From Vulcanimicrobiota bacterium (GTDB lineage: Bacteria > Vulcanimicrobiota > Vulcanimicrobiia > Vulcanimicrobiales > Vulcanimicrobiaceae), in the NCBI GenBank assembly GCA_963695225.1, contig OY968762.1, forward strand, positions 992,001 through 1,056,000: DNA of 64,000 nucleotides, written 5' to 3'. The position numbers and the translations under genes were made by a program. The notes under the pieces were generated by a model. The model was not told where the DNA came from and did not search any database. It saw nothing but the letters and a program-made list of their open reading frames with translations. This document shows, one piece after another, positions 27,746 through 39,160 of this stretch (position 1 is the first letter of the stretch; every line of letters starts with the position of its first letter).

Positions 27746-27949
27746 CTACTTGCCGATCAAGACTTCCGTTGACTTGATGATGACGAGGACGCTATCGCCT
27801 TCCTTGATCCCCAAACGGTCGACCGAGCCTTTCGTGATCACGGCCGTCAGGTCAGCAGGCTCGACGGCCACTTCGACCTCGGCCATGATGGTGCCGGTGC
27901 GGACCGCTTTCACGACTCCGCGAACCTGATTGCGCGCGCTGATCTCCAT
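27746..27949 (-). CDS. mop: TOBE/Mop molybdate-binding protein (molbindin)
   Basis: MEISARNQ..G..AEV..AVIT..SVDRLGI..IIKSTEV. Confidence 0.9.
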   Translation of the reverse strand: MEISARNQVRGVVKAVRTGTIMAEVEVAVEPADLTAVITKGSVDRLGIKEGDSVLVIIKSTEVLIGK

Positions 27950-28112
27950 GTGGGAATCTCCCCCGGCTAGCGCGGCTCGCCGCTCGTCCTCCATTTGCAT
28001 AAGGCCGAGTGGCAGGGACCGCGATACACCGGCAAACAAAAGTGACGAAATGCAGTCTTTCTTTACGTCCAACCGCTGGGCGAGCAACCTGGGTTTCGTT
28101 GCGTCTACGAAC

Positions 28113-28928
28113 ATGGCGCGCGCGCGCGCCGCGCTCCTGCTCGCATGCTTGATCGTATGCACGATGCTAGGCGCCGCAAGAACGGCGGTCGCGGCGGATT
28201 CGGGCGCGGCGATCACCGTATTCGCCGCAGCCTCGTTGCGTGAATCCTTCGAGGCCGCAGCACCGGCCTTCACGAGTAAGACCGGCACGAAGGTGGCGTT
28301 CAATTTCGCCGGCTCCGACACACTCGCGGCGCAGATAGCGCAAGGCGCGCCTGCGGACGTTTTCGCATCCGCGAACCAATCACAGATCAACAAGGTGCGC
28401 GATGCGGGCTTGCTCGCGGGCGATCCGCGAGTCTTCGCGCGCAACGTCCTGGTAACGATCGTTCCGAAAGACAACCCGGGGCACGTTGTCGCGATCGCCG
28501 ATCTCGCGAAACCGGGCGTGCGCCTGATCCTGGCGGCGCCGACCGTCCCAATCGGAGCGTACGCGCGGACGACGTTCGCGAACCTCTCGAAGCTGCCGGC
28601 TTATGGGGCGCACTTCGCCGACGCCGTGGCGGCAAACGTCGTCTCGAACGAGGTCGACGTGAAAGCCGTCGTCGCGAAGGTACTGCTCGGCGAGGGCGAT
28701 GCGGGCGTCTGCTACGGCACCGACGTAACCCCGACCGTCGCAAAGGGGACGACTACGATCGCCTTCCCGCCCGGCGCGGCGCCGGAGGCCGTCTATCCGA
28801 TCGCCGTCGTCAAGGCCTCCACGAATGCCGCAGCGGCGAAGGCCTTCGTCGACTTCGTCCTCTCGCCGGAAGGGCAAGCGTTTTTGAAGGATCGCGGCTT
28901 CCTGCCCCCGGCGGCCGCCTCAAACTAG
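28113..28928 (+). CDS. modA: Molybdate ABC transporter substrate-binding protein
   Basis: Signal peptide; VFAAASL, FNFAGS..LAAQI..GAPADVFASAN, VPIGAYA. Confidence 0.92.
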   Translation: MARARAALLLACLIVCTMLGAARTAVAADSGAAITVFAAASLRESFEAAAPAFTSKTGTKVAFNFAGSDTLAAQIAQGAPADVFASANQSQINKVRDAGLLAGDPRVFARNVLVTIVPKDNPGHVVAIADLAKPGVRLILAAPTVPIGAYARTTFANLSKLPAYGAHFADAVAANVVSNEVDVKAVVAKVLLGEGDAGVCYGTDVTPTVAKGTTTIAFPPGAAPEAVYPIAVVKASTNAAAAKAFVDFVLSPEGQAFLKDRGFLPPAAASN

Positions 28929-28996
28929 AAGGCCGGCTCCGTTTCCGCTCCTTCGCCCCGCAAAGCATTTTCGCCGCCCGGGGCGAAGCACCACGC

Positions 28997-29371
28997 GTGG
29001 AAAAGGGCGACTGCGTGAGATGCGTCGTAGGCGGCCCCGAAGCTCTGCCGGAGACTCTCAGAGTCCCGGGAGCGCGGGAGGTTTGGTACTGCCGCTTCGC
29101 GCTTGACGCACCCGATACCGACGAGCCCCTAGCGACGACGTACGTGGTCATCGTGCTCCGCGCGGGAATCGCCAGCGTGACCGACCTCGCCGACGTGCAA
29201 CGCCGCGCCCTCCGATCGAAGGCATGGCTTCGCGTCGCCGCCCGCTTCTCGGAGCGCCCGGAACGCAGGGCCGAAATCGAGGCCCACGTGCGGCGGGCGA
29301 TCGCGCTCGCGTATCCGGGATCGGTCGAGGTCCTCCGGCTCAAGCTCGCACAGACGCACGCACAGAGTTAG
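28997..29371 (+). CDS. Hypothetical protein
   Basis: ORF fills the gap between modA and the convergent GH130 gene; no motif recognised. Confidence 0.45.
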   Translation: MEKGDCVRCVVGGPEALPETLRVPGAREVWYCRFALDAPDTDEPLATTYVVIVLRAGIASVTDLADVQRRALRSKAWLRVAARFSERPERRAEIEAHVRRAIALAYPGSVEVLRLKLAQTHAQS

Positions 29372-29376
29372 CGCGC

Positions 29377-30468
29377 CTACGCGGCGGTTTCGACGACGCT
29401 TTCTCCGAGTTCCATACGGGCGCAGCCGACGCGATAGTCGGCCATGCCGTAGTAGACGTCGTAGCTCCGGCTGCCGAGCGCCGGCCGCGCGTCGAGCCCG
29501 GTCGGGAAGACCACGTTGTTGACGATCCCCTTCATCTCTTGCCGCGTCTCCGGCACGAAGATGGGCCGCGGCGAGCGGTACCGGAGGATGTGCGGACGCT
29601 GGACGTCGTGGACGAGCAGCCCCGCGCTGTAGCGCAGGCGGCGGCGGCCGTCCGGCGAGGGCAGCATGTCGACGCCGTGGTACAGGGAAAGCCACCCCTC
29701 CTCGATCCGCACCGGGGGCGTGCCGCCGCCGAGTTTCACGAGGCCCCAATCGCCCTGCGGGCACGCCACGAGGACGCTCTCCCGCACGTTGAGCATCTCG
29801 TGCCGGTCGGCTAGCGCTTCCGCCAGGGGGATGTAAGCGACGCGGATCGATTCGCGCGATTCCGGCGGCATCGCGAGCATCTCTTCGCAGGCCTGGTATC
29901 CGTGAACCGCCGAGAGCGTAAGCATCGGACGGTGGTAGAGCGCGAGCGATTCGACGCCCGACGGAGAGATGACCGGCTCCGGGAAGAACGCAGCGTCCTT
30001 ATCGTCGCCGTTCGGCAGCCCGGCGTTGAGAAAATCCAGCAAACCGATCCGTTCCCACGCGTAACCGTCGGCAGAGAGCGCGATCGCGATCCGAGGACCG
30101 GCCGGCCCGAACGCGGTGTAGCACATGACGTACTGATCCAAGCACGGCACGAACGTGACGCGCGGATCTTCACAGCCGTAGCCGCCGGCCTTGTAGCGCA
30201 GCTCGTAGGGGGCCGCCGGCTGCAGCGCGTAACCGCGGCGGCGGAACTCCGGGACGGGCGCATCGCCGTCCGCTACGAACAAGCCGACGCGCGAAACGTT
30301 TCCCGCCCCGACGACGCGCGGGTACATGACGAGCTTCCCGTCGCGAGCGCGGACGACCGCGGGATTCAGCACGCCCTCGGCCTCGTTCGCGTCGCCGTTG
30401 GGCTCCACCACGACGCCGAGGCGCGTGAGGCGGGCCGGGAGGTCAACGATCTGTTCGTCTGGCGTCAT
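29377..30468 (-). CDS. GH130-like beta-propeller glycosidase/phosphorylase
   Basis: EGVLNPA, GCEDPRV, DKDAAFFP, YHRP, YHGV, NVVFPTG, YYGMAD. Confidence 0.82.
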   Translation of the reverse strand: MTPDEQIVDLPARLTRLGVVVEPNGDANEAEGVLNPAVVRARDGKLVMYPRVVGAGNVSRVGLFVADGDAPVPEFRRRGYALQPAAPYELRYKAGGYGCEDPRVTFVPCLDQYVMCYTAFGPAGPRIAIALSADGYAWERIGLLDFLNAGLPNGDDKDAAFFPEPVISPSGVESLALYHRPMLTLSAVHGYQACEEMLAMPPESRESIRVAYIPLAEALADRHEMLNVRESVLVACPQGDWGLVKLGGGTPPVRIEEGWLSLYHGVDMLPSPDGRRRLRYSAGLLVHDVQRPHILRYRSPRPIFVPETRQEMKGIVNNVVFPTGLDARPALGSRSYDVYYGMADYRVGCARMELGESVVETAA

Positions 30469-30541
30469 GGCCTCTCACGGGAAGAACGCCGCATGGCGCT
30501 GAGGGATTCACAGAAGATCGCCAAAGCGGGCCGGAACGCCC

Positions 30542-31036
30542 TCATTCGTACGTCGGCGGATATTGGGGCGAAAGCCTCGCCACGGCCGCTTCTTCCTCGC
30601 GGTACGCCTCTTCGAGTTCGCGCTTGAGCTCGGCGAGCAAGCTGCGGGCTGCGGCGTGTGCGATGCGGCGCCCGACGGTCGCATCGAACGCCTTTCCGGC
30701 GACGCCGAACGGCGCCTCGTACGAGCCGGACAGCTCGATACGGGACGAGTCTCCGCCGGCGCTGTCGATGAGCATCGTTCCATGGAAATCCGGGTAAGGT
30801 CCACCGTGCTTGGGTATCCACCCGATCTTCATCCGCTCGTACCGCGGAAACCCGGGCTCGGGTTCGAAGGTCGCCGTCACCTCGCGTTGCAGCGTCACGT
30901 CGCCTACCGGCACCGTGATCGGCATCGAAGCCCCGGTTCCACCGATAGCCCCCAGCCGCCCGAAATAGGCCGTCAAGAAGTCCGGCACGCGGTGATACGG
31001 GCATCGCACCGTGACCGCATCGTTGATCTGCGTCAT
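30542..31036 (-). CDS. Hypothetical protein, possibly SRPBCC/polyketide-cyclase-like fold
   Basis: PDFHGTMLI..IELSGSYEAPFGVAGKAFDA..GRRIA pattern; typical coding composition. Confidence 0.6.
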   Translation of the reverse strand: MTQINDAVTVRCPYHRVPDFLTAYFGRLGAIGGTGASMPITVPVGDVTLQREVTATFEPEPGFPRYERMKIGWIPKHGGPYPDFHGTMLIDSAGGDSSRIELSGSYEAPFGVAGKAFDATVGRRIAHAAARSLLAELKRELEEAYREEEAAVARLSPQYPPTYE

Positions 31037-31299
31037 GCCGGTAGAACGTTAATGGGCTGCGGTCCCGTTCCTGCGGTTTCGGCGGAAGGGCTCCCTCTCG
31101 CTCCCCGCAGGGTCGCTTCTCCTGCAAGGCGGCCCGTGTCCGGACGCACTACTTTTCGGTTTGGCGTGGAACTTTTCGGTGAAATTGTCGTAATAGAGAG
31201 TAAGGGATTCGTGGCCCGCATCACGCTTCTCAGGTGCAGGCGAACGTCGCAACCCCGTGCAAAATTCTCATCATCAGAACCGGATCGAGGACCGCTACC

Positions 31300-31713
31300 A
31301 TGGCACGTCGGCCCAAAAAGGACAAGCTCTCGAAGGCTTCGGATCCGAGCCTTTTTGAAGCGTGCTTGGATCTGCCGACGGATCCGACGCTCGATGCGAC
31401 GGCCGCACCGGCTCCCGTCGCCAAGCTCCCGGCCTTGAAGAAGACGCGCGTCCGCTCCGGCGAGAAGCGCGCCCGCAAGATCGCCCGCCCGATCGCGGAC
31501 GTCGATAAGATGTTCGCAGCCTGCCTCGCTCGCCTGACCGAGATCGAGAATTGGCTCGCGACGCCTGACGCTCCGCACATCAACCGCGCGCTGCGCCTAT
31601 GGAAATCGTTCGTCGACGATGCTTCGCACCTGCTCGAAGCGACGGCTTCCCTCGGCGCGCCTCCTCCCGCGCTCATCCCGATCCGCATCCACAAGCCGCA
31701 TCGCCGCCGCTAG
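31300..31713 (+). CDS. Hypothetical basic protein
   Basis: ATG 31300 after GAGG; Lys/Arg-rich N-terminus and helical C-terminus. Confidence 0.6.
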   Translation: MARRPKKDKLSKASDPSLFEACLDLPTDPTLDATAAPAPVAKLPALKKTRVRSGEKRARKIARPIADVDKMFAACLARLTEIENWLATPDAPHINRALRLWKSFVDDASHLLEATASLGAPPPALIPIRIHKPHRRR

Positions 31714-31788
31714 GCGCCTCGCGAACGGTCCGGTCTCGTCTTCTCCGCCCCCGCACCATCGAGATGCGGGGGCGGAATCGTTGTACCG

Positions 31789-33162
31789 CTAGACCGCCGC
31801 CGCCACGGACGGGAGGTCGGCCAGTGCGGCGTCGAGCGCCGACTGCTCGTACGACACGTCCTGCAGCTTGCCCGAGAAGTAGTCCGTGTAAGCCTGCATG
31901 TCGAAATGCCCGTGCCCGGAAAGGTTGAACAGGATCGTCTGCGACTTCCCCTCGGCCTTGCAACGGAGCGCCTCGTCGACGGCGGCCTTGACCGCATGCG
32001 TCGATTCCGGCGCCGGCACGATTCCCTCGCAACGCGCGAACTGCACGCCCGCGGCGAAGCATTCCAGCTGGTTGTACGCGCGCGCTTCGATGAGTCCCAG
32101 TTCCTTCACGTGGCTCACGAGCGGCGACATGCCGTGATAGCGCAGGCCGCCCGCGTGGAAGCCCGGCGGCATGAAGCTCGCGCCGAGCGTGTACATCTTG
32201 ACCATCGGCGTCAAGTGCGCGGTGTCGCCGAAATCGTATGCGTAGGTTCCCTTCGTCAGCGTCGGGCACGCGCTCGGTTCGACGGCGACGATGCGCGCCT
32301 TCGATCTTCCGGCGATCTTCTCGCGCACGTACGGGAACGCGATGCCGGCGAAATTGCTGCCGCCGCCCGCGCAGCCGATGACGACGTCGGGCTCGGCCTG
32401 CGCGTCGTCGAGTTGGAGCATCGCTTCTTCACCGATGATCGTCTGGTGCAGCAGCACGTGATTGAGAACGGAGCCGAGCGAATACTTCGTGTCCTCGCGC
32501 TGCGCCGCGACTTCTACGGCTTCGGAGATCGCGATGCCGAGCGAGCCCGTGGAATCCGGGAAGCGCTCGAGGATCGCGCGCCCCGATGCGGTCTCCGTAG
32601 ACGGACTCGCGACGCAACGCGCGCCGTACGTTTCCATCAACGCGCGCCGGTACGGCTTCTGCTCGTAGCTGACTTTCACCATGAAGACTTCGACGGAGAG
32701 CCCGAACAGTTGACCGGCGAACGCGAGCGACGAACCCCACTGCCCCGCGCCCGTCTCCGTCGTCAAGCGCTTGACGCCGGCTTCCTTGTTGTAGAACGCC
32801 TGCGGGACGGCGGTGTTCGGCTTGTGACTCCCCGACGGGCTTACCCCTTCGTACTTGAAGAAGATCTTCGCCGGCGTATCGAGCGCCTTTTCGAGGCGCC
32901 GAGCTCGAACGAGCGGCGAAGGGCGCCAGAGACGATAGACTTCGCGCACGGGTTCGGGAATCTCGATCCACCGCTCGGCCGAGACTTCCTGAGCGATGAT
33001 CGCCATCGGGAAAATCGGGGCGAGATCCTCGGGCCCGATCGGCCCGCCGGTCCCCGGATGCAACACCGGCGGGGGCGGCACGGGCAAGTCGGCGACCAGG
33101 TTGTACCACGCCTTCGGAATGCGGTCTTCGCTCAGCAAGTATTTAACCGATTCGTCGCTCAT
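31789..33162 (-). CDS. trpB2: TrpB2 (stand-alone tryptophan synthase beta-like PLP enzyme)
   Basis: [45 protein letters not shown]; no trpA adjacent. Confidence 0.92.
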   Translation of the reverse strand: MSDESVKYLLSEDRIPKAWYNLVADLPVPPPPVLHPGTGGPIGPEDLAPIFPMAIIAQEVSAERWIEIPEPVREVYRLWRPSPLVRARRLEKALDTPAKIFFKYEGVSPSGSHKPNTAVPQAFYNKEAGVKRLTTETGAGQWGSSLAFAGQLFGLSVEVFMVKVSYEQKPYRRALMETYGARCVASPSTETASGRAILERFPDSTGSLGIAISEAVEVAAQREDTKYSLGSVLNHVLLHQTIIGEEAMLQLDDAQAEPDVVIGCAGGGSNFAGIAFPYVREKIAGRSKARIVAVEPSACPTLTKGTYAYDFGDTAHLTPMVKMYTLGASFMPPGFHAGGLRYHGMSPLVSHVKELGLIEARAYNQLECFAAGVQFARCEGIVPAPESTHAVKAAVDEALRCKAEGKSQTILFNLSGHGHFDMQAYTDYFSGKLQDVSYEQSALDAALADLPSVAAAV

Positions 33163-33266
33163 GTGCCCTCGTTCGCTTTCTGGTGGGTATCCGGAAGTGG
33201 CCGGTCGTCGAAACGCCCTACCTTCGGAAGCAAGTTTTGCGCCGTGGGCCCGGCCTCCCGTCGGAG

Positions 33267-34376
33267 CTAGACGGGATCCGCCGCAAGATCGACGCCCCAA
33301 GCCCGGACGAGCTCGCGGCCGTCGTCGCGGCTCGAGCGGGCCGCGACGGCGCTGCGGCTGAAGCGCGGCGCGGCCCCCGGCTGGAGGAACCCGTCGAGTT
33401 CGACGAACGTGCCTCGCGCGCGGTTCTGCGGATGGTGCGGCGCCTCCGTGAGGCTGAGCACGGGGGCGAAACAGGCGTCGGTCCCTTCGAGGATCGCGCA
33501 CCACTCGTCGCGGGTCTTCGAGGCGAACGTGCGCTCGAACGCGGCCCGCAGACGCGGCCACTCAGCCGGCGGGACGGGTTGCCGGAACGGCTCCTCGATG
33601 CCGCACTTTTCGAGCAGCACGCGAAAGAACTGGGGTTCGATCGGCCCGATCGAGATCCACTTTCCGTCGCTCGTCTGGTAGACGTTGTAGTAAGGATGGC
33701 CGCCGTCCATCAAGTTCACGCCGCGGCGGTCTTCCCAGAGTCCGCTGTTGAGGAAGGAGTACGTCATCGCCATCAGCAGCGAGGCGCCGTCGACCATCGC
33801 GGCATCCACGACTTGCCCCCGGCCGGAACGGCGCGCTTCGAGTACGCCGCAGACGATGCCGAACGCGAACATCATCCCCCCGCCGCCGAGATCGGCGACG
33901 AGGTTGAGCGGGATTGCAGGCCGCTCCGCGGTGCCGATCGCGTGCAGCGCGCCGGAGAGCGCCGTGAAGTTGATATCGTGGCCGGCGGCGTTCGCGAGCG
34001 GGCCTTCGCGGCCCCAGCCCGTCATGCGCCCGTAGACCAGGCGCGGATTTCGTGCGAGGCAGACGTCGGGCCCGAGGCCCAAGCGCTCCATGACGCCGGG
34101 GCGGAAGCCTTCGACGAGGGCGTCGGCGCGCTCGAGGATCGCGAGAGCCCCGGTGCGCCCCGCCTCGCTCTTGAGGTCGAGGATCAGCCTGTGCCGCCCG
34201 CGCAGCAAAATGTCGTGCTCCATGCCGAGCACGTCCGGGCCGGCGTCGCGCTGGATGCGCACGACATCCGCGCCCATGTCGGCGAGCATCATCGCGCAAA
34301 ACGGCGCCGGCCCTAGCCCCGCGAACTCGACGACGCGCAAGCCTGCGAGGGGTCCCCCCGATCGTGAATCGTCCAC
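33267..34376 (-). CDS. CaiB/BaiF CoA-transferase family (alpha-methylacyl-CoA racemase-like)
   Basis: [49 protein letters not shown]. Confidence 0.9.
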   Translation of the reverse strand: MDDSRSGGPLAGLRVVEFAGLGPAPFCAMMLADMGADVVRIQRDAGPDVLGMEHDILLRGRHRLILDLKSEAGRTGALAILERADALVEGFRPGVMERLGLGPDVCLARNPRLVYGRMTGWGREGPLANAAGHDINFTALSGALHAIGTAERPAIPLNLVADLGGGGMMFAFGIVCGVLEARRSGRGQVVDAAMVDGASLLMAMTYSFLNSGLWEDRRGVNLMDGGHPYYNVYQTSDGKWISIGPIEPQFFRVLLEKCGIEEPFRQPVPPAEWPRLRAAFERTFASKTRDEWCAILEGTDACFAPVLSLTEAPHHPQNRARGTFVELDGFLQPGAAPRFSRSAVAARSSRDDGRELVRAWGVDLAADPV

Positions 34377-34502
34377 GGCCTGGTGCTTCGGCGCGGCGCA
34401 GGTCGATCCGCCCGGCAGGGTCGGCGCGCCTGGGTAGGACGATTACAGGACGTGCTACGTTCTATAGTCCACAGTGAGGATTGCTGGGAAAGTAGGGTTG
34501 CG

Positions 34503-34844
34503 ATGCCTCCTTCCGAGAAGACGGCGAACCCCATCCCGAATCTCACTTGGTTGCGCGGCGAGGTTCTGGCGATTCTGTTCCTGGACAAGGAGCGCGTCTA
34601 CGCGGCGACCATCGACGACGGCCGGACGACGCACCTCGTCACGCTCGGCAATCCGCGCACGGGAGAGCGCGACGCGCTCTCCGCCGACGATCCGAGGTAC
34701 GCCGTCGTCGAGCAGGCCTTCGTCGCGGAGCAGAGCGTCGAATTGGGCGTCCGTGACTTCGGATTCGATCCGGTGACGGGAATGCGCCGGTTCGTCATCG
34801 ATCGGGCCTGCATCATCTCGCGCAAGGAGCGCGCGGTTTCGTAG
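34503..34844 (+). CDS. Hypothetical protein
   Basis: Plausible coding ORF directly upstream of the GH13 gene; start uncertain. Confidence 0.55.
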   Translation: MPPSEKTANPIPNLTWLRGEVLAILFLDKERVYAATIDDGRTTHLVTLGNPRTGERDALSADDPRYAVVEQAFVAEQSVELGVRDFGFDPVTGMRRFVIDRACIISRKERAVS

Positions 34845-34869
34845 CGCAATCGCCGCCTCGGAGGTCCCC

Positions 34870-36627
34870 GTGCCCGATTCGGCATTTTCCGCTGAGGCCG
34901 CGCGCGTCATCGACGCGGCAACGGCTGCGAAGCTTACCCCGTCGCCGCCAGATTGGCGCGACGGGTGGATCTACTTCCTGATGCTGGACCGCTTCAACAA
35001 CACCGACCGCGCGATCTCCCACGAGCCGTTCGACGATCCGGGATACGCCGATTTCCAGGGCGGCACGTTCGCGGGCGTCCAGGCGCAGTTGCCGTACCTC
35101 AAGGAGCTCGGTGCCGGCGCGATTTGGTTGAGCCCCGTGCTCAAGAACCTGCCGTTCGAGCGGAGCTACCACGGCTACGGCATCCACGATTTTCTCGCCG
35201 CGGAACCGCGCTTCGCCCGCGATCCCCTGCGCGCCGACGACGAATTGCGCGCGCTGGTCGATGCGGCGCACGCGCTCGGTTTGTACGTAATCTTCGACGT
35301 CGTCCTCAATCACGCGGGTGACGCCTTCGCCTACGCGGCGGGCGTGCCTGACGGCTTCTCGCCGCTGCCGCAGCCGGTGTGGTGGCGAGACGCGAGCGGC
35401 GCCGCGCTCCCCTCGTTCGCCGAGGTCGAGAACGTCCCGAACCCGAGCCGGGCCGCGTTCGTGTGGCCGCGCGAACTCCAGAAGAACGCGTTCTTCCGGC
35501 GGCAGGGGCAGATGCAAGGCGAGGACACCTTCGGCGATTTCTCGTCGCTCAAGCAAATGCGCACGGAAGACCCGGCGCTCCAACACGTTCTGATCCGCGC
35601 CTATCACTACGTCATGTCGCGCTTCGACGTCGACGGGTTTCGAATCGACACGCTGCGCTATCTCAAGGGCGATCTGCCGCGTCTATTCGGCAATTCGATG
35701 CGCGAGTTCGCGCTCGCTGCGGGCAAAGAGAACTTCTTCACCTTCGGCGAGGTCTTCGACCGCCAGTCCGAGGACGACATAGCCCGCTTCATCGGCCGCA
35801 CGACGAGCGATGCGAGCGATCTCGTCGGGGTCGACGCCGCGCTCGATTATCCGCTGTTCGAGGCGTTGAAGCCGGTCGTGAAGGGATTCGCTCCGCCGTC
35901 CGTCGTCGCCGACATGTACCACCGGCGCAAAGGCGTCGAAGCGAACGTCCTCAGCTCGCACGGCGATGCAACGCGCTTCTTCGTCACGTTCCTGGACAAT
36001 CATGACGTGAAGGAGCGGCTGCGCTATGTCGATCCCGCCGATCCCGGCCGTTTCGACGATCAGGTCACGCTCGGCTTGGCATGTCTCCTGAGCCTCCCGG
36101 GGATTCCGTGTATCTATTACGGGACCGAGCAGGGTCTGCACGGCCACGGCAGCGACGAAGCCGTGCGCGAAGCGCTCTGGGGCGGACCGGGCTTCGATCG
36201 CGCGCACCCGTTCTACCGGGAGCTCGCGAAGCTGTCGCGGTTGCGGGCCGCGCGTCCCGCGTTAAGGTACGGCCGGTTCTACTTCCGCCCGATCTCCGGC
36301 GACGGAGAGACGTTCGGCATCTCGGCGTTTCCCCAGGGCGTCCTCGCGTTCTCGCGCATCCTCGACGACGAAGAGCTCGTCATCGTCGCGAACACGAGCC
36401 CGCGGCAGCCCGCGACGGTCCACGTCATCGTCGACGGCACGCTCCACGCCGACGGTGCCGCATTCGCGGCCGTCTACCGCAACAAGCCGGGCGATGCGCC
36501 GCAGGCCGTCGCCCGCAGCGCAGCCCAAGTCACCGTCCACGAAGTCGACGGCAGCCTCGGCACGGGCCCCGTCCTCGCGGTCCCCGTGACGCTCGAGCCG
36601 CTCGAAATCCAAATCCTCGCGCGCTGA
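34870..36627 (+). CDS. GH13 alpha-amylase family glycosidase
   Basis: YFLMLDRF, YHGY, DVVLNH, DGFRIDT, FGEV, FLDNHD, YYGTEQG. Confidence 0.92.
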   Translation: MPDSAFSAEAARVIDAATAAKLTPSPPDWRDGWIYFLMLDRFNNTDRAISHEPFDDPGYADFQGGTFAGVQAQLPYLKELGAGAIWLSPVLKNLPFERSYHGYGIHDFLAAEPRFARDPLRADDELRALVDAAHALGLYVIFDVVLNHAGDAFAYAAGVPDGFSPLPQPVWWRDASGAALPSFAEVENVPNPSRAAFVWPRELQKNAFFRRQGQMQGEDTFGDFSSLKQMRTEDPALQHVLIRAYHYVMSRFDVDGFRIDTLRYLKGDLPRLFGNSMREFALAAGKENFFTFGEVFDRQSEDDIARFIGRTTSDASDLVGVDAALDYPLFEALKPVVKGFAPPSVVADMYHRRKGVEANVLSSHGDATRFFVTFLDNHDVKERLRYVDPADPGRFDDQVTLGLACLLSLPGIPCIYYGTEQGLHGHGSDEAVREALWGGPGFDRAHPFYRELAKLSRLRAARPALRYGRFYFRPISGDGETFGISAFPQGVLAFSRILDDEELVIVANTSPRQPATVHVIVDGTLHADGAAFAAVYRNKPGDAPQAVARSAAQVTVHEVDGSLGTGPVLAVPVTLEPLEIQILAR

Positions 36628-36653
36628 CGCGCCTAGGCGCGCGCAACGGCGGG

Positions 36654-37934
36654 TCAGGGACGGATCTGGCCGTTGCCTCGCACGACGTATTTGTAGCTCG
36701 TGAGCTGTTCGGCGCCGACCGGGCCGCGAGGCGGCAGGCGGCCGGTCGAGATTCCGATCTCGGCGCCCATGCCGAACTCGCCGCCGTCGGCGAATTGAGT
36801 CGAGGCGTTCTGCAGCACGATCGCGCTTTCGACTTCGGCGAGGAATCGCGCGGCGGCATCCTCGTTTTCCGTCACGATCGCGTCCGTGTGGTGCGAGCCG
36901 TACCGGTTGACGTGCGCGATCGCTTCCTCGAGGCCGGCTACGACGCGAACCGAGAGGATCGCGTCTTGATACTCCGTCGCCCAATCCGCCTCGGTCGCCG
37001 CGAGCGCCTGCGGATCCAGCGCTTGCGTCTCGGCGTCTCCGCGAATCTCGCACTCGGCGGCGTGCAAATCGGCGAGGATCGGCGGGAGATACGCCGCCGC
37101 GATCGCGCGATCGACCAGCAGCGTTTCCGTCGCACCGCAGACGCCCGTGCGGCGCATCTTCGCGTTCACGACGATGCGCCGGGCCTTCGTGAGATCGGCG
37201 CCGCGCTCGACGTAGGTGTGGCAGAGCCCTTCGAGATGGGCGATGACCGGGATGCGGCTCTCGCGCTGGACGCGCTCGATCAGCGAGCGGCCGCCGCGCG
37301 GAACGATCACGTCGATGAGATCGGCCATCGCGAGCATCATCCCGACGGCGGCGCGATCCCGCGTCGGTACGAGTCGGATCGCGCTCTCCGGGAGGCCGGC
37401 GGCGGCGAGACCGCGGTGCAGGCAGGCTTCGATCGCGCGCGACGAGCGGAAGCTCTCGGAGCCCGCACGCAGGATCGCCGCGTTCCCCGCACGCAGGCAA
37501 AGGCCGCCCGCGTCCGCAGTCACGTTCGGCCGCGATTCGTAGATGATGCCTATGACGCCGATCGGGATGCGCACGCGCGCGATGTCGAGGCCGTTCGGCC
37601 GCGTCCAGCGGGCGAGTTCCGTCCCGACGGGATCGGGGAGCGCAGCGACCGTTTCGAGCCCTTCGGCCATTCCCTCGATACGGTCGGGGTTGAGCCGCAG
37701 ACGGTCGAGCATCGCCGCCGAAAGCCCGGTCCGTTCCGCATCGGCGAGATCTTCGGCGTTCGCGGCGAGGAGTTCGGCTCCGGCGGCGCGCACTTCGGCC
37801 GCGGCCCGCCGCAACGCGGTGCTCTTGCGCTCCGCTTCGGCGCGGGCCAGCACCGCCGCCGCCTGCCGCGCCGCGAGCGCGAGCGCTCGCATATCGGCCG
37901 CGAGCTGCGCGGTCGCCATCTCGAGCGTCGTCAT
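36654..37934 (-). CDS. proA: Glutamate-5-semialdehyde dehydrogenase
   Basis: [46 protein letters not shown]. Confidence 0.95.
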   Translation of the reverse strand: MTTLEMATAQLAADMRALALAARQAAAVLARAEAERKSTALRRAAAEVRAAGAELLAANAEDLADAERTGLSAAMLDRLRLNPDRIEGMAEGLETVAALPDPVGTELARWTRPNGLDIARVRIPIGVIGIIYESRPNVTADAGGLCLRAGNAAILRAGSESFRSSRAIEACLHRGLAAAGLPESAIRLVPTRDRAAVGMMLAMADLIDVIVPRGGRSLIERVQRESRIPVIAHLEGLCHTYVERGADLTKARRIVVNAKMRRTGVCGATETLLVDRAIAAAYLPPILADLHAAECEIRGDAETQALDPQALAATEADWATEYQDAILSVRVVAGLEEAIAHVNRYGSHHTDAIVTENEDAAARFLAEVESAIVLQNASTQFADGGEFGMGAEIGISTGRLPPRGPVGAEQLTSYKYVVRGNGQIRP

Positions 37935-39109
37935 AGCCGCCTCCCGTTGACCACCAGGTCGTCGCGATGGATCATCTCGTGCCGCCCCCGGTACCCGAGG
38001 ATCGCCTCGATCTCGGCGCTCTTATGCCCGGCTATCGCCTGCGCCTCGGCGCTGGAGTAGGCGGAGAGGCCGCGCGCCAACTCGCGCCCGTCGCGAGCGC
38101 GGACGATGACCGCGTCGCCCCGCTCGAAACGCTCGTCGACGGCGACGACGCCCGCGGGCAACAGGCTCGCTCCGCGGGCGAGCGCGGCGGCGGCGCCGTC
38201 GTCGACGGTCAGCACGCCGGTCACGTTGACGGTCCCGGCAATCCAGCGCTTGCGTGCCGTGAGCGGCTCGGAATCGGGCAGGAACCAGGTGGCGCGCGCA
38301 CCCGACTCGAGCGCGGCGAGCGGGTGCAACTGCCCCTTCCCCCGGGCGATCACCATGCGGCAGCCCGCAGCCATCGCGATGCGCGCCGCCGCGAGCTTCG
38401 TCACCATCCCGCCGGAACTGTAGCCGGGCGGGGCCTGCCCCGCCATCTCTTCCGTCTCGCGCGTGATCGCCCGGACCACGGGAATGTGCCGCGCCGCCGG
38501 ATCGCGTCGCGGATCCGCGGTGTAAAGGCCGTCGATATCGGAGAGGAGCACCAGCGTATCGGCGCTGATCATCTGCGCGACCCGCGCGGCCAGGCGATCG
38601 TTGTCGCCGAAGCGGATCTCGGCCGTCGCGACCGTGTCGTTCTCGTTCACCACCGGGACCGCCCCGAGCGCGAGCAGTTCCTCCAGCGTGGCGCGCGCGT
38701 TCAAGTGGCGCTGCCGCTCCTCCGTATCGTCCGTCGTGAGCAGGATCTGGGCGACGGAGATGCCGTGCCGGCCGAGTTCTTCGAGATAGGCGTGCGCCAG
38801 ACGGATCTGCCCGGTCGCGGCGGCCGCCTGCTTCTCCTCGAGTTTGAGCGGGCGCCCGGTGAGGCCGAGGTGACGGCGCCCGACGGCGATCGCGCCGGAG
38901 GAGACGATCACGACCTCCTGGCCGCGAGCCCGGCAGTGCGCGATATCTTCGACGAGCGCGGCGAGCCAGTCGCGGCGGATGTCCCCCCGCGCTTCGTCGA
39001 CCAGCAGCGCGGAACCGATCTTGACGATGAGCCGCCGGGCGGCGGCCAGGCCTTCGCCCGCGGCGATCGCCGCCGGCGAAGCGCCGGACGGCGCGGTATC
39101 GAAATTCAT
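37931..39109 (-). CDS. proB: Glutamate 5-kinase with PUA domain
   Basis: VKIGS, VSSGA, NENDTV..FGDND, GGMVTK, PUA C-terminus. Confidence 0.95.
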   Translation of the reverse strand: MNFDTAPSGASPAAIAAGEGLAAARRLIVKIGSALLVDEARGDIRRDWLAALVEDIAHCRARGQEVVIVSSGAIAVGRRHLGLTGRPLKLEEKQAAAATGQIRLAHAYLEELGRHGISVAQILLTTDDTEERQRHLNARATLEELLALGAVPVVNENDTVATAEIRFGDNDRLAARVAQMISADTLVLLSDIDGLYTADPRRDPAARHIPVVRAITRETEEMAGQAPPGYSSGGMVTKLAAARIAMAAGCRMVIARGKGQLHPLAALESGARATWFLPDSEPLTARKRWIAGTVNVTGVLTVDDGAAAALARGASLLPAGVVAVDERFERGDAVIVRARDGRELARGLSAYSSAEAQAIAGHKSAEIEAILGYRGRHEMIHRDDLVVNGRRL

Positions 39110-39160
39110 TACGCTCGACCGCGTACGGTGCCGCGCGCGGCCGCCCCTTCCGGTTCGAAT

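Noticed and set aside
33163..33266. Trp leader peptide upstream of trpB2
   Set aside because: The TGG TGG pair is on the opposite strand; no short ORF or terminator on the coding strand
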